Below are positions 49,788 through 62,520 of a stretch of 64,000 nt of DNA, in pieces (the stretch's first letter is position 1; the number at the start of each line of letters is the position of its first letter). The DNA is from Octopus vulgaris (taxonomy: Eukaryota), in contig OX597820.1 in NCBI GenBank assembly GCA_951406725.2, positions 14,818,001-14,882,000 on the forward strand. Reading direction: 5' to 3'. Below the pieces are notes generated by a model that did not search any database, had not been told where the DNA came from, and saw only the letters and a list, made by a program, of their open reading frames with translations. The position numbers and the translations under genes are program-made.

Positions 49788-50585
49788 ATGGTTTATATAA
49801 CAAAACCTATTGGTATCGTCATCGTCATCATCATCTCATCCATCGGCAAGAGAGAGAAGGGGAGGCGGTGCAGTAAAATATCTGAAAATCACTAGAAGCT
49901 CTGAGCTGGCCTTCTGCCATTGGCATCAGCCTCCATTTAAACACAGCCGCAGTGTAACAACAAGTTGGCTGCAAATGAAGTAGCAGATTTAATCATCTTT
50001 TTGAACACTGCAAGACGAATGGAGCGTGAAGAGTCACTGGATGCATTGATTCCGTTAGCTTTTGATTGGCTCATCAGCTTTTAACATCCGGCCAATAATC
50101 ATTAGTGAAGGAAATGAAAGAGTCAGTGATTTAGAAAATCAGTGAAAGCAGTGCATCATGGGATTGGAATAAAATCTTGTCATTAAAAAAGAACAAGATT
50201 TATTAAAGGATTTTCATTAACATGAAAATAAAAATCAAGATTAATGTAATGTGTGTGTGTATGAAAATTGGTCGTAAGAGAATGAAAATTAATGAAGTAA
50301 TTTGCCCAAGCCGTGTACGAAGTTGTTGCTGCTATTGTTGTTATTGTAATCTTCATCACCACTATCATCTTCAATTGTGTTTATCATGATAAATAAAAGC
50401 ACTGAGATGAGAAATATTATCTCTGAATTCACAAGACCAAATGAAGACTGCTTGAAATTCTCACCTAATGAATACAATAGCTATTCTTGATGGGAGGTAG
50501 GGATGGAGGTGAGTTAAGCCATTTAGTTAAACCAATTACCTGGGCACTCTGTTGGCTATGGCGATGAGAGTTCCACTTTTCCTGA

Positions 50586-50932
50586 AGGTGGCAAGCTGGC
50601 AGAAACGTTAGTGCGCCGGGCGAAATGCTTAGCGGTATTTTGTCTGCCATTACGTTCTCAGTTCAAATTCTGCCGAGGTCAACTTTGCCTGTCATCCTTT
50701 CGGGGTCGATAGATTAAGTACCATTTGCATACTAGGTCAATCTAATCGACTGGACCCCACTCCCTAAAAGTTTCGGGCCTTGTGCCTAGAGTAGAAAAGT
50801 ATATATATATATACACACACACTACTGTATATTTATTTCTTTATTGCCCACAGGGGGCTAAACATAGAGGGGACAAACAAGGACAGAGAAAGAGATTAAG
50901 TCGATTACCTCAACTCCAGTACGCAACTGGTA
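50586..50932. mobile_element. Tail-to-tail family C SINEs (type 2 plus at 50586-50800; type 1 minus fragment at 50833-50932)
   Basis: Conserved C blocks in opposite orientation. Confidence 0.85.
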
Positions 50933-51107
50933 CAAGAGAATAGGGGAGCGTAATAGGGATGCAAGAGAAACAATCACTCCCCGCAAATACATTTTTCAAA
51001 ATTGGCACATTTTCAACAATTTTTTTCCTGTTAATCACATGGCCTTGGAAGAAATTTCGAGTCATGACTTTTAAACTGGCCTGTTTAAAAGTACCCTTCA
51101 ATTGTCA

Positions 51108-51526
51108 GGCATGCTGTGCTTGAGAAGACCTGTTGAGTCAAGTGAAATCATTGTTGTGGCTGACGCCAGTGCCACCTGACTGGCACCCGTACCAGTGGCA
51201 TGTAAAAACCATCATTCAAGCATGGTCGATGCCGCCAGACTGACTCCTGTGCAGGTGGTATGTAAAAAGCACCATTTGAGCGTGGTCGTTGCCAGTGCCG
51301 CCTGACTGGCCCCCATGTCGGTGGCACGTAAAAATCACCATTCGATTATGGTTGGTGGCACATAAAAAGCACCTACTGCACTCTTGGAGTGGTTGGCGTT
51401 AGGAAGGGCATCCAGCTGTAGAAACCTTGCCAGATCAGATTAGAGCCTTGTGCAGCCTTCTGGCTTGCTAGTCCTCAGTCAAACCATCCAACCCATGCCA
51501 GCATGGAAAGCGGACATTAAATGATG
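51108..51526 (+). mobile_element. Family A including the last RTE codons
   Basis: GCTGTGCTTGAGAAGACC (AVLEKT), four tandem units, the conserved block and tail. Confidence 0.85.
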
Positions 51527-51659
51527 AGTCTGTTGAGAAGGAGGAATAGTGGAATAGAAGATGTACCATGCAGTGGGACTGAACTTAAAACCACATGGCT
51601 GCACAGCAGGTTTCTCATCTCACCGAAACAGCTATATCATTATAGTCCCACTGCATAAG

Positions 51660-52053
51660 CGCAGGAGTGGCTGTGTGGTAAGTAGCTTGCTTACCAACCA
51701 CATGGTTCCGGGTTCAGTCCTACTGCATGGCACCTTGGGCAAGTGTCTTCTACTATAGCATCGGGCCGACCAAAGCCTTGTGAGTGGGTTCGGTAGACGG
51801 AAACTGGAAGAAGCCTGTCATATATATGCATATGTATATGTGTGTTTGTATGTCTGTGTTTGTCCCCCCAGCATCGCTTGACAACCAATGCTGGTGTGTT
51901 TACGTCCCCGTAACTGAGCGGTTCGACAAAAGAGTTCGGATAGAATAAGTACTAGGCTTACAAAGAGTAAGTCCCAGGGTCGATTTGCTCGACTAAAGGC
52001 AGTGCTCTATCATGGCCGCAGTCAAATGACTGAAACTAGTAAAAGAGTAAAGA
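51660..52053 (+). mobile_element. Family B SINE (young)
   Basis: Full length. Confidence 0.9.
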
Positions 52054-52756
52054 GTATAGTTCAAGGTCTTCTCCAAGTCTCTTCTTGCATTGACAAACCT
52101 CCTGGCAAATCCACTGACTGATCTCTTCCTATGGTCTCTGCTTGATTTACATTAACTTACTCTCGTTCCAATGTGCACTGATTGCTCTTCATTTAAACAC
52201 CAGGTGCACAGCATATAATACAGTGTTATCTTAGTTAATCTGTCAAAGCAATTTTCTCTCTCTGTTCTCCACCCAATACCCAACCAACCCATGTGTGTCT
52301 AGCATTGTTCCTATGATGTTAGGAAAGTCCCTACAAAGCTGTCGTGATAAACATTTGTTTTGTTAGGGGTTTTTTCTTTTTTTCTTCTGTTTTCGTCCAA
52401 ATTTGGAAATAAGGACACAATGGTAATTATGGCTTGCAATTACATAAATGTAATTTTAGTAATTATTTTTAAACTTCCTGATTTCATTTATTTATTTTTC
52501 TATTGACTGACTGATTGATTGATTTTCTAACTGCAAAGGAATGACAGAAATAGAAAATTGGCAAAACTAGATGCTTCATTGTATTCAGTTTTGTTTCTCT
52601 AGGTTCTGAGTTCAAATCCTACTAGAGCCAGTTTAATTTTTATATATATGTGTGTGTGTGTGCATGCGCACGTATAACAGGCTTCTGTGAGCTTCCTGTT
52701 ACAAAACTTCATGGGTGAATTTGGTTGTTGGAAACTGAAAGAAACCTAACTAATTG

Positions 52757-52958
52757 TTACTCTTTTACTTGTTTCAGTCATTTGACTGTGGCCATGCTGG
52801 AGCACCACCTTTTAGTCGAGCAAAATCGACCCCAGGACTTTGTGAGCCCAGTACTTATTCTATCGGTCTCTTTTGCCGAACCGCTAAGTTATGGGGACGT
52901 AAACATACTAGCATCGGTTGTCAAGCGATGCTGGGGGGACAAACACAGACACACAAAC

Positions 52959-52995
<37 letters not shown>

Positions 52996-53437
52996 TACAT
53001 ATATATACGATGGGCTTCTTTTAGTTTCCGCCTACCAAATCCACTCACAATGCTTTGGTTGGCCCAAGGTGCCATGCAGTGGGACTGAACCCAGAACCAT
53101 GTGGTTGGTAAGCAAGCTACTTACCACAGCCACTCCTAGACAATGACTAATTTACGACTATCACTACACACACACACACAGCTGTGTGGTGTTTACTGCC
53201 TTCAGTCAAGCAAAATCAACCCCAGGACTTATTCTTTGTAAGCCTAGTACTTATTCTATCGGTCTCTTTTGTCGAACCACTAAGTTTTGGGGACGTAAAC
53301 ACACCAGTCTCAGTTGTCAAGGGATGTTGGGGGACAAACACAGACACGTGTGTGCGCGTGCACACACACACACACACATACATATATATATACGACAGGC
53401 TTCTTTCAGTTTGTCTACCAAATCCACTCACAAGGCT
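52757..53437 (-). mobile_element. Two family B SINE copies
   Basis: 52757-53137 and a partial copy at 53200-53437. Confidence 0.85.
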
Positions 53438-53464
53438 TATATATACCACTGCGCCTTATATATA

Positions 53465-53621
53465 CTTTATTAAAAAGCAGCAAAAATATCACAAAAACTG
53501 TTACTCAGTTCCCATTCGTTGGACAGTTTTGTTTAGAATTCTAAACAAAACTGTCCTACGAATGGGAATGTAAAACTCTGAGTAACAGTTTTTCTGATAT
53601 TTCTGCTGCTTTTTAATAAAG
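53465..53621. repeat. 157-bp loopless palindrome (inverted Penelope-like terminal repeat)
   Basis: CTTTATTAAAAAGCAGC..GTTTAG|AATT|CTAAAC..GCTGCTTTTTAATAAAG, centred at 53538/53539. Confidence 0.9.
53547..53592 (+). ncRNA. Decayed type I hammerhead fold
   Basis: AAAACTGT-CCTACGA-ATG-GGAA-TGT-AAA-ACTC-T-GAGT-A-ACAGTTTT: 8-bp stem I, 4-bp stem III, GUA triplet. The core is mutated. Confidence 0.5.
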
Positions 53622-54329
53622 CACATTACTCTACCTCTGGTATTCTAGTACTATTTTTTCCCACCTTGTTTCATATGTATATGCTTACTCTGGTGTACAT
53701 TACATTATATATATATATACATACACACACCTCACTGTTGATTCTGTCTAACATGTAAATTTTTAATTATCTTTTTCAGGTGAAGCTGCTTCGTTGGTCA
53801 CAGTTCCTACCAGTTCTTCTTCTGCAAAAGTATTGGCTCACCAGTTATCTGTGGTGTATTAGATACGATATTAATTTGTCTCTCTATATATACTCTTCAC
53901 ACACACATACACACACACACACACACACACATATATTTGGAAGCCATCTTCACCCATTTAATTTGTGTTTATTCCCTATATTTTTCGCTTCCCTGTCTTC
54001 TTTTAGTAGACCTTCTCCCCCTGCTAACATCTCACATCTTTACTAATTTACTAAAATAACATGCTTTATCTGCCCTTGCTCACAATCCACTTAAATCAAC
54101 TGACACACACACACACACACACACTCCTTAATTTTTTTTTTTTTTTTTACTTACCCCATTATGTCTTTTTCTTTCTTTGTAATATGCTTACTCAATTCTA
54201 GAAGGCTATTGTATCAGCTTCAAAAACTACTGCTAGGTACCACTGTTACCACCACCACCACTACTACAACTATTAATAACTTTACTGCGGATGCATGATA
54301 TAATTACGTCTCCAATATAACTGATCGGG

Positions 54330-54658
54330 TGAAAGCACATGGCCTTGTGGTTAGGGGTGTTGCACTCACAATTGCAAGATTGTGGTTTCAATTCCTGGAC
54401 CAAGCAGTGCATTGTGTTTTACAGCAAGACTCTTTCGCTTGGCAGAAACGTTAACGCGCTGGGCGAAATGCTTAGCGGTATTTTGTCTGCCGCTATGTTC
54501 TGAGTTAAAATTCCCCAAAGTCGACTTTGTCTTTCATCCTTTCGGGGTCGATAAATTAAGTACCAGTTACGCACTGGGGTCGATATAATCGACTTAATCC
54601 GTTTGTCTGTCCTTGTTTGTCCTCTCTGTGTTTAGCCCCTTGTGGGTAGTAAAGAAAT
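54330..54658 (+). mobile_element. E-like SINE head interrupted by a family C SINE (54440-54658)
   Basis: TGGCCTTGTGGTTAGG head followed by the C body and type 1 tail. Confidence 0.8.
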
Positions 54659-55419
54659 ATGTAATTGGACAACCTTTCAATGGAGTAGTGTCCTATTCAG
54701 GGGGTAACATTGTGGTTTTGGTCACTTATACACCTTGCACACCAATCTGCTGACCCTAAGCACTCTAGGGCTCAAGATAGTAATGCCCAGGGGTTACATC
54801 ATAGCTGTTAAGAAATGCTGTTGCCAGAAAAGTTGTGATGTAGCTGGTAGAGTGCCAGGCTATAAATGTAATTGCTGTATTTTAAATTTTCAAACCCCTA
54901 AAGTTTGAGTTCAAATTTTACTTAGGGCCAACATTGGTTATCTTTTTCTCTGAGATTGAGAACAATACATACCAGTAATATACTGTGTGATCAGTCTTAT
55001 CCCATACACAACTGTGGCCTTCTGCTGTGCCAGTGTGGCATGCTACTACTATTATTACTGCTGTTACTATTGCTGCTGCTACTACTACTACTGCTGCTGC
55101 TGTGGGTGATGCTTCAGAGTCCTGTCCTGACTCTATAAATCTGTGCAGCAAGCTTCATAGAGAGCATCTTTTGGTGGAAGGTGTTGTAAGTTCTAATCCT
55201 CTTATAGTCACTTCTGCAAAATAAATAAATAAAATAATAAAAATAAAATAAATATTAAAAATAATTGGAATTCCATATTTTTCTTTGTCCCAATTTGGTA
55301 AGAGAGCATCACTTCTTTCTTTTTGTTTAGAGTTCAAGTTTTTTGGGTTTTCTACATTTTTTTTCTATTGTGTGTGTGTGTGTATTTGGTAATGGTGTAT
55401 TGTGTTTGTTTACCTATTT

Positions 55420-55660
55420 TGGGCATTAGACTGCGGCCATGCTGGGGCACCTCTTTGAAGAACTTTTGGTTGAATGAATCAACCCCAGTACTTCCCCCAC
55501 CTTTTTTTTTCCTTCTTGGTACTTATTCTATCAGTCTTTTTTGCCAAACTGCTAAGTGATGGGGATGTAAACACACCAAAACCAGTTGTCATGCGATGGT
55601 GGGGTGACAAGCATAGACACAAAGGCACACAGGTACATATACACACACACACACATATGC

Positions 55661-55691
<31 letters not shown>

Positions 55692-55694
55692 CAC

Positions 55695-55730
<36 letters not shown>

Positions 55731-56005
55731 ACGTGTATATATATATATACACATGTATATATATACACTTTTATACACTTATGTGCATATATACACAAGT
55801 ATACACTTATCTGTATATATTATTGTGTGTATATATATATACACACACACACACACGATAGGCTTTTTCAGTTTCCGTCTACCAAATTCACTCTTAAGGC
55901 TTTGGTTGGCCTGAGGTTATAGTAGAAGAAAGAGACTTGGCCAAGGTGCCATGCAGTGGGACTGAACCCAGAACCACGAGATTGGGAAGCAAGCTTCTTA
56001 CCACA
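55420..56005 (-). mobile_element. Older family B SINE with expanded internal microsatellite
   Basis: Tail at about 55425 and head at about 55990. Confidence 0.8.
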
Positions 56006-56189
56006 CATGTTCACAATTACTATAACAGGATAGATTACAAACTTTGCAACAGCATACCAACATTACACCTAACCACCTCCACCACCACCACCACCATCAT
56101 AAATATTACAGTAAATATCATAATAACATCTACCACTATCATTAGCATACTTATTATTTTTTATGTTCGTTAATATTTCATTAGTGAAG

Positions 56190-57090
56190 ATGGCAACGAA
56201 CTCACCAAATGATTAGCATGCCAGATGAAATGCTTAACGATATTTTGTCTTATTACATTCTGAGTTCAAATTTCATTGATGTTGTCTTTGCCTTTCATCT
56301 CTTCGGGGGTCTGTGAAATACCATATTTTAACATGTGTAAGGAACCCTTGTGTATATGGAACCCCCTAATGTTTTGGGCTTAAAATTTGGAAAAAAAGTT
56401 TTGTAAGGGATTATAATACTATCCATGTATAAGAAACTCCCATATTTTTTAAACCTAATTTTTGATAAAAAAAAAAAGGGGTTCCTTATACATGTTAAAA
56501 ACAGTAAGTACCAGTGAAACACTGAGGGGTCTATGCAAATGACTTGTCCCCCTCCCTACAAATTTTAGGCCTTGAGCTTATAGTAGAAAGGATATCATAA
56601 TGACATCTATCACTATCATTAGTATTGTTATTTACGTTCGTTAATATTTCATTACTGAAGAAGGTAATGAACTAGCAGATTCATCAGCACAGGGGCAAAA
56701 TGCTCAGTGGTATTTCGTCCATCTTTAACGCCCTGAGTTCAAATCCTGCTGAGGTCAGCTTTGCACTTCTCCCTCTCAGGGTCTATAAAATAAGTACCAG
56801 CTGAGCTCTGGGGATTGATATAATCGACTTACCCCCACAATCCCTGGCCTTGTGCCAAAATTTAAAACCAAAATGGCAGAAAGCTGATGGTATCATTACT
56901 GTGCCAGGCAAAAGGGTCAGCAGCATTTTATCTGTCCTTACATTCTGAGTTCAAATTCTACCGAGGTTGACTTTGGCTTTCATCATTTCAGGGTCGATAA
57001 AATAAGTACCAGTTGAACGTTGGTGTTGATGTAATTGACTTAACTGCCCCCACTCCTGGATACTGCTGGCCTTGTGCAAAAATTTGAAAG
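56190..57090 (+). mobile_element. Three tandem family C SINEs
   Basis: Copies at about 56190, 56660 and 56873. Confidence 0.82.
56321..56504. mobile_element. Tc1/mariner (Tc2-like) MITE inserted in a family C SINE
   Basis: TA TSD splits AAATA|AGTACCAG; TIR CCATATTTTAACATGT..ACATGTTAAAAACAG. Confidence 0.82.
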
Positions 57091-57189
57091 CAACATTTCA
57101 TTAGTGAAGAAGTAAAAACTAGTCAAAAATTGTAAATTTGTAGAACTAGGATTAATTTAGACCTTAATAATGGAAGGCTGTGGACTGGT

Positions 57190-57525
57190 GGCTGATGACA
57201 GTACCGCCTGACTGGCACTCGTGCCAGTGGAACGTTAAAAGTACCATTCGAGCGTGATCATTGCCAGCGTCGCTTTACTGGCACATGTGTTGGTGGCACG
57301 TGAAAAACAATGTTTGAGCGTGGTCGTTGCCAGAACCATCTGACTGGCCCTTGTGCCAGTGGCACGTAAAATCACCCACTACACTCTTGGAGTGGTTGGT
57401 GTTAGGAAGGGCATGCAGTTGTAGAAAAACTTCGCCAGATCAGATTAGAGCCTGGTGCAGCCATCTGGTTCACCAGTCCTCTGTCAAACCTATGCCAGCA
57501 TGGAAAGCAAACATAAAACGATGAT
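57190..57525 (+). mobile_element. Family A (RTE 3' UTR)
   Basis: Tandem units, conserved block and tail. Confidence 0.82.
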
Positions 57526-58938
57526 TTGAGGGACTTTTTTAATTCTATTTTGTTAATTAAACTCTTATTGCATCATAATAATAGATCAAATAATTTGGTT
57601 TCCTTTATTATTACTTTAAGAGGTTGCTCTGACAGCTCTTTACTACAATCTTCGTCCTTGCTACTCCCACCTACCCTTATATAATGTGCGATAGCCCTGT
57701 AACTCCTTGATAGCAAGACACTGTGCTTGTCCTATTATACTTTAGCCTTTAGTATAAAAACCACCTCCGAAATATACCACCACACAGACAAGGGAGTTTT
57801 TTTCCCCCTGTTCCTTTTCTATCTTACAAATTACGACATCCTGACTAGTGTTGGTATCATGAAAAGAGCATTTATTACACAGTGTAAAGTGGTTGACCTA
57901 AGGAAGGACAGCTAACTGTAGAAATAACACCAAAGCTAACATTAGTGCTCAACACGGCCCTGCAGCTCACCAGATCCTGTTAAACCTCCAACCCATGCCA
58001 GTATGAAAACATGTTAAATAACAATAATACTGATGATATTTTTCATCAGTAATGGATTTGCGATAAACTATAGATGTATGGTAGTTCATTGCAGCTAGTT
58101 CTCTACTACTTTCCTGCTATTTTATGAGAGAGATGCCAGTCTCAAGGATGGGTACAACTTATATCTTTTTAGCTTCTCATTTTCTCGGTTGTCTAATGTT
58201 AAAACGATTAGATCAGACACTTCTATAGATCAGAAACTTTTGCATAAAGTTCTTTCCTCAGTGTCGCACAGAAATTTCAAAGAACTTGTCCTTCTGGACA
58301 TTTGGATAAACTTTCTAATGATCACCAGTCAACGATGACATTTATTGTTTTTTTATAACAAAACATCGAGCAAGAAAATTAGATGGAATGTGACATATTA
58401 AAGAGGCATGACTTTGGTAGATATGCCATAGACTGAACTACTTTCTGGATGAAATGTCCAACATCCTAATGGTCAATGTATCACACATTGTCCCCAAAGT
58501 CATTCCAATACTAATTATGTGATATTTCATAATGCATGTGTTAATGCAAAAGCGTGCACTAATGTGTTATTTGATGCATAAGTTGCGCATGGTATTTCTT
58601 TTATGGAGGCTATTAGAATCGAAAGTGAAAGTACGTAGCCCAGTGGTAAGAGTGTTACACTCAAGACCACATGGTCATGGTTTCTATTCCCTGACCAGAA
58701 GGAATGGTGTATTGTACTTGTGCGAAACCCTTCATTCCGCTCAGCTATAAATTGGGTCACCTAGTAAGAAACCCGCATCCTGCTCTTGGTGTGATGTTGT
58801 GGTCTTGGTCACTTATATGTAACTGACCCTAGGGGTCCTTGGACTTGACATAATAATGTCCAGGCTTTGATAATTAGAATTTAGTTTAAATCATTTATCA
58901 ACTCTGTCCCTAGCTATTTCATGTTCTTCTGCTAATTA

Positions 58939-59101
58939 CCATATTTTAGTGTGTATAAAGAACCCCCTAATTTTTGGGGCTTAAAATTTGGAAAAAAAGA
59001 TTTTGTAAGGGATTAATACTATCCATGTATAAGAAACTTCCATATTGTTTTTTAACCTAATTTTTGTCAGAAAAGGGTTCCTTATACATGTTAAAATATG
59101 G
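58939..59101. mobile_element. Tc2-like MITE (same family as 56321)
   Basis: TA-CCATATTTTA..TAAAATATGG-TA, with colinear interior. Confidence 0.85.
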
Positions 59102-59140
59102 TAGAAACTAAAACCACATTTAATGGAGTAACATGAGACA

Positions 59141-59356
59141 AGGTGGCAAGCTGGTAGAAATGTTAGCACGCCGGGCGATGTGCTTAGCGGTATTTCGTCT
59201 GCCGTTACGATCTGAGTTCAAATTCCGCCGAGGCCAACTTTGCCTTTCATCCTTTCGGGGTCGATAAAATAAGTACACATTACGTACTGGAGTCGATCTA
59301 ATCGACTGGGCCCCTCCCCAAAAATTTTGGGCCTTGTGCCTAGAGTAGAAAAGAAC
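59141..59356 (+). mobile_element. Family C SINE, tail type 2
   Basis: Full length. Confidence 0.88.
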
Positions 59357-59540
59357 ATGAGACAATCTCTCTGAAATTTCTCCCCTTTGAACATTGGCTC
59401 TAACCCAGATTGACTCAGCTCATTCTTTATCTTTCTAAGCACAATAAACAGTTATACATTGAGGAAATGGAAACAGATTGGTAGGCAGAGCATCATAAGA
59501 CAGACCTCAATATTATTCATTAATTAGATGTCCTGTTTAA

Positions 59541-59770
59541 CCCTTAATTAAGCATTCAGATTATTTTGTCCAGTGTAATGCTTATTTATTTATATTGTTT
59601 TGAATTAATCATACATTATCTTGTAAATTTGAGATTTCAGTGATGTGATTGTTTATTTTTTTGAATGGCATTGTAGAGTAGGTACAAGAGGCTGGACCTG
59701 GCCAGTTTCATTGTAAAACAGGTGGAATGTTTGGGCCGGATGCCATCAGTTTTAAATGCAAAATACTCAA
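59541..59770. mobile_element. piggyBac-like MITE family F, degenerate
   Basis: TTAACCCTT start; the interior is colinear with 14634-14855. Confidence 0.75.
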
Positions 59771-60312
59771 TGTGTATAAATAGTGCATAAGATTTAAATT
59801 AGAGAAGTATTTTAACAGTAATGGTGGTGGTGAATGTGGTAGTGGTGGTCATGGCAAGTTACATAATTTATGAGGTTGTTCAGTTTCATGTAAGACTGCA
59901 ACAGCCCCTAATCCCCTACAAGCTACACCTGTTGTATGATTTGAACTCAACAGGCAAACCAACAAAACACTAAGCAGTTACATAGAGCTCCCACTGCTTG
60001 CAACAATAAAATTTTTGTAAAAAGTATCAGGGACAAAATGTGAATAAACTGTCAGTCTTTAATTAAACTGTGACACTGCTGGTTCATTATCTGAAAAGGA
60101 TTTTGAAATTGGTTAGTCTCCCTAATATTGGCAGCTCCTGACAACTTTTCCCTGGAATAAATAATTAAGATTCTGATTTTTTCCCTAATTCTTCAATTAG
60201 CCTCAGTCACAGTAGAAAGTGGTGTGAAAACCAGTTGAACTATCTATGTCAAGGAATTTAGCTCACCTAGGAGACACACCATAATATAATTTATGTGTGT
60301 ATCCATATGAAT

Positions 60313-60458
60313 CAGTCATAGGCAACCTTTGGTCTGTGAGTCATTCTTAATGACACGCCTAAACGAAAACCCACTTGAATTGTTTCTAGTAGTGTGGCCA
60401 ACCTAACGATGAACCATTTAGTGTGTGGCCCACTTTTTGAACAAGGTTATCCTGCCTG
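60313..60458. mobile_element. Possible hAT-Charlie-like MITE
   Basis: Imperfect termini CAGTCATAGGCAACCT..AGGTTATCCTGCCTG and internal GTGGCC motifs. Confidence 0.35.
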
Positions 60459-60541
60459 GTATAATTATTAAGCCAAAGCCTCTTTGCTACATGGACAGCT
60501 GCTCAAAACCCTTTTTCTTTTGTCTTTCTTATGGTCCTTAA

Positions 60542-60737
60542 CCCTTTTGAAACCAACCTGCTCAAGACTGCCCCTTGCTTCTATGATAAAAAAAATTTCT
60601 ATATAAAGTGATTTTAATGAAAATTTCCCATTAGCCTTCCAGATTAATTTATGACCAAGGTGTTTTAGTAAATTCTATTCCAAAATTAATTGAAATAAAA
60701 AGGGTGAAGTTCAACAGGAATATGACAACAAAAGGGG
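60542..60737. mobile_element. Second TTAA/piggyBac-like MITE family, degenerate
   Basis: TTAACCCTTTTG..CAAAAGGGGTCA termini. Confidence 0.45.
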
Positions 60738-62139
60738 TCACAGTAACAGAGGAAAGATTTTTAAAGATACTTTTTTTTTTGAAATTAGATGTTTATTGAT
60801 CTTTTCTTCTGATCACCCTCTCCCTGTTTTTTTTTTTTTTTTTATAAATCAAAAGAAAAGTGTAGGGGGTAAATAGATGTGCATTTTTTCAGTTCCAGAA
60901 ATGGGACGAAAACTTTCTTCACTATTGTTCTGTTCTGTATGGGGGTCTGTACCATTTTGTAGGGTTTGGGAAATTTTTACTCAGATATTGCGCCTGATCT
61001 TTTAGATCTGTGCTCCCTCTCTCTCTCTCTCTAACCTCAGCTTATTTTGGTACCTACTTGTGCTCTAACAAACTAATGTACCACACCCAGTATGATGTTA
61101 TGTCTTACTCAGATTGCCTAATAATAATAATAATAATGATATTAATAACAATAAAAATAATAATAATAATAGTGGTGGCCGGGGAAGGAGAGTGAGAGAA
61201 AGAAAAAGGCGTAGAGACCAAGAATGGTTATTGTTACACTATTGGCATAGATTGAAATCAGAGCAAACATTTGGTTTTCATGTGTGTGTCTGTGTGCACA
61301 TGTATATGTATGTGTGTGTGTGATGCATATAAGGATGTTTATTATAAACATGTTCGTACACTCGTATGCATATGCACACACACACACACACACGTACAGG
61401 GATATGCACACATACACACACACACACAATTGAAGATTTGGAATGTCTATGTTTACCTTGGATAAAAGACTCCCATTAAGTCAGACACTTCTAGATATTC
61501 CACAAATTGTTAGCAATGGGCAGGTGGGTAGATGGTGGGGTGGGTGGAGTATGGTTAAGGTGGGACGGGGTGGGGTCGTGGGGCAGGGGGTGAGAATCGT
61601 GTAGGTAAAAATAGTTGCAGTGTTCAGTAAATGAGATTTCATGGCTTCTATTGTAGACACTGTCTTGTATGTCTATATACACAGGTTGCTATGCTACACC
61701 TCTTCTTCAACCATTGTATAATGTGTGTGCATATATATATATATATACTTAGACACACATACTTACATGTCTACATAAACACATACACATTTGTGTGTGT
61801 GAAGCAGAGTTGGGCTGACTGGCTATGTAAAGGTATTAACCTTTATACTTGTGGCTTGTAGGTTCAAACCCCAATACTGGTATTTCATTGTTTTTTTAGG
61901 AACAACATTTTATTCTGTACACACCTGTCCAGTTGAATTTGGGAATAGTTATCAGATCACCTGGGAATGTTAACCTGCAAAGGCCTGGCGTCCTATTCAG
62001 GAGAACATTTCATTTTTCGTCTGCTACACTATTTAAGCTGAACACCAATTCTTAATGGGTCTATCTGTCTATCTGCCTCTCTCTCCCCAAGGGCCTAGGA
62101 GACACTTAACACTACATACTTCTCCCTCTCTCTCATAAT

Positions 62140-62337
62140 ATATTTATACACACACATACACATATATATATAACAAGAATAAGAACGGTGAAATTCACAT
62201 CTTATATATAATACCTATATATAAGTATATATACATATATATTCTTATACATACCTATATATGTGTGTATATACTTTATATATATATATATATATTTCTT
62301 ACATATATATTCTTATATATACGTACATATGTGTGTG

Positions 62338-62368
<31 letters not shown>

Positions 62369-62471
62369 GTATATATATATGTATGTATGTATGTGTGTAT
62401 ATATATATATGTATGTGTATATATATGTATATATATGTATGTATATATATATATACACACACACACATGTA

Positions 62472-62516
<45 letters not shown>
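62140..62516. repeat. Compound (TA)n/(TATG)n microsatellite
   Basis: Directly visible. Confidence 0.9.

Positions 62517-62520
<4 letters not shown>

Noticed and set aside
51170-51380. CRISPR-like pattern of constant GTGGCACGTAAAAAGCACC with variable spacers
   Set aside because: The spacers are homologous to each other, the array is part of a eukaryotic RTE 3' UTR, and there are no cas genes.
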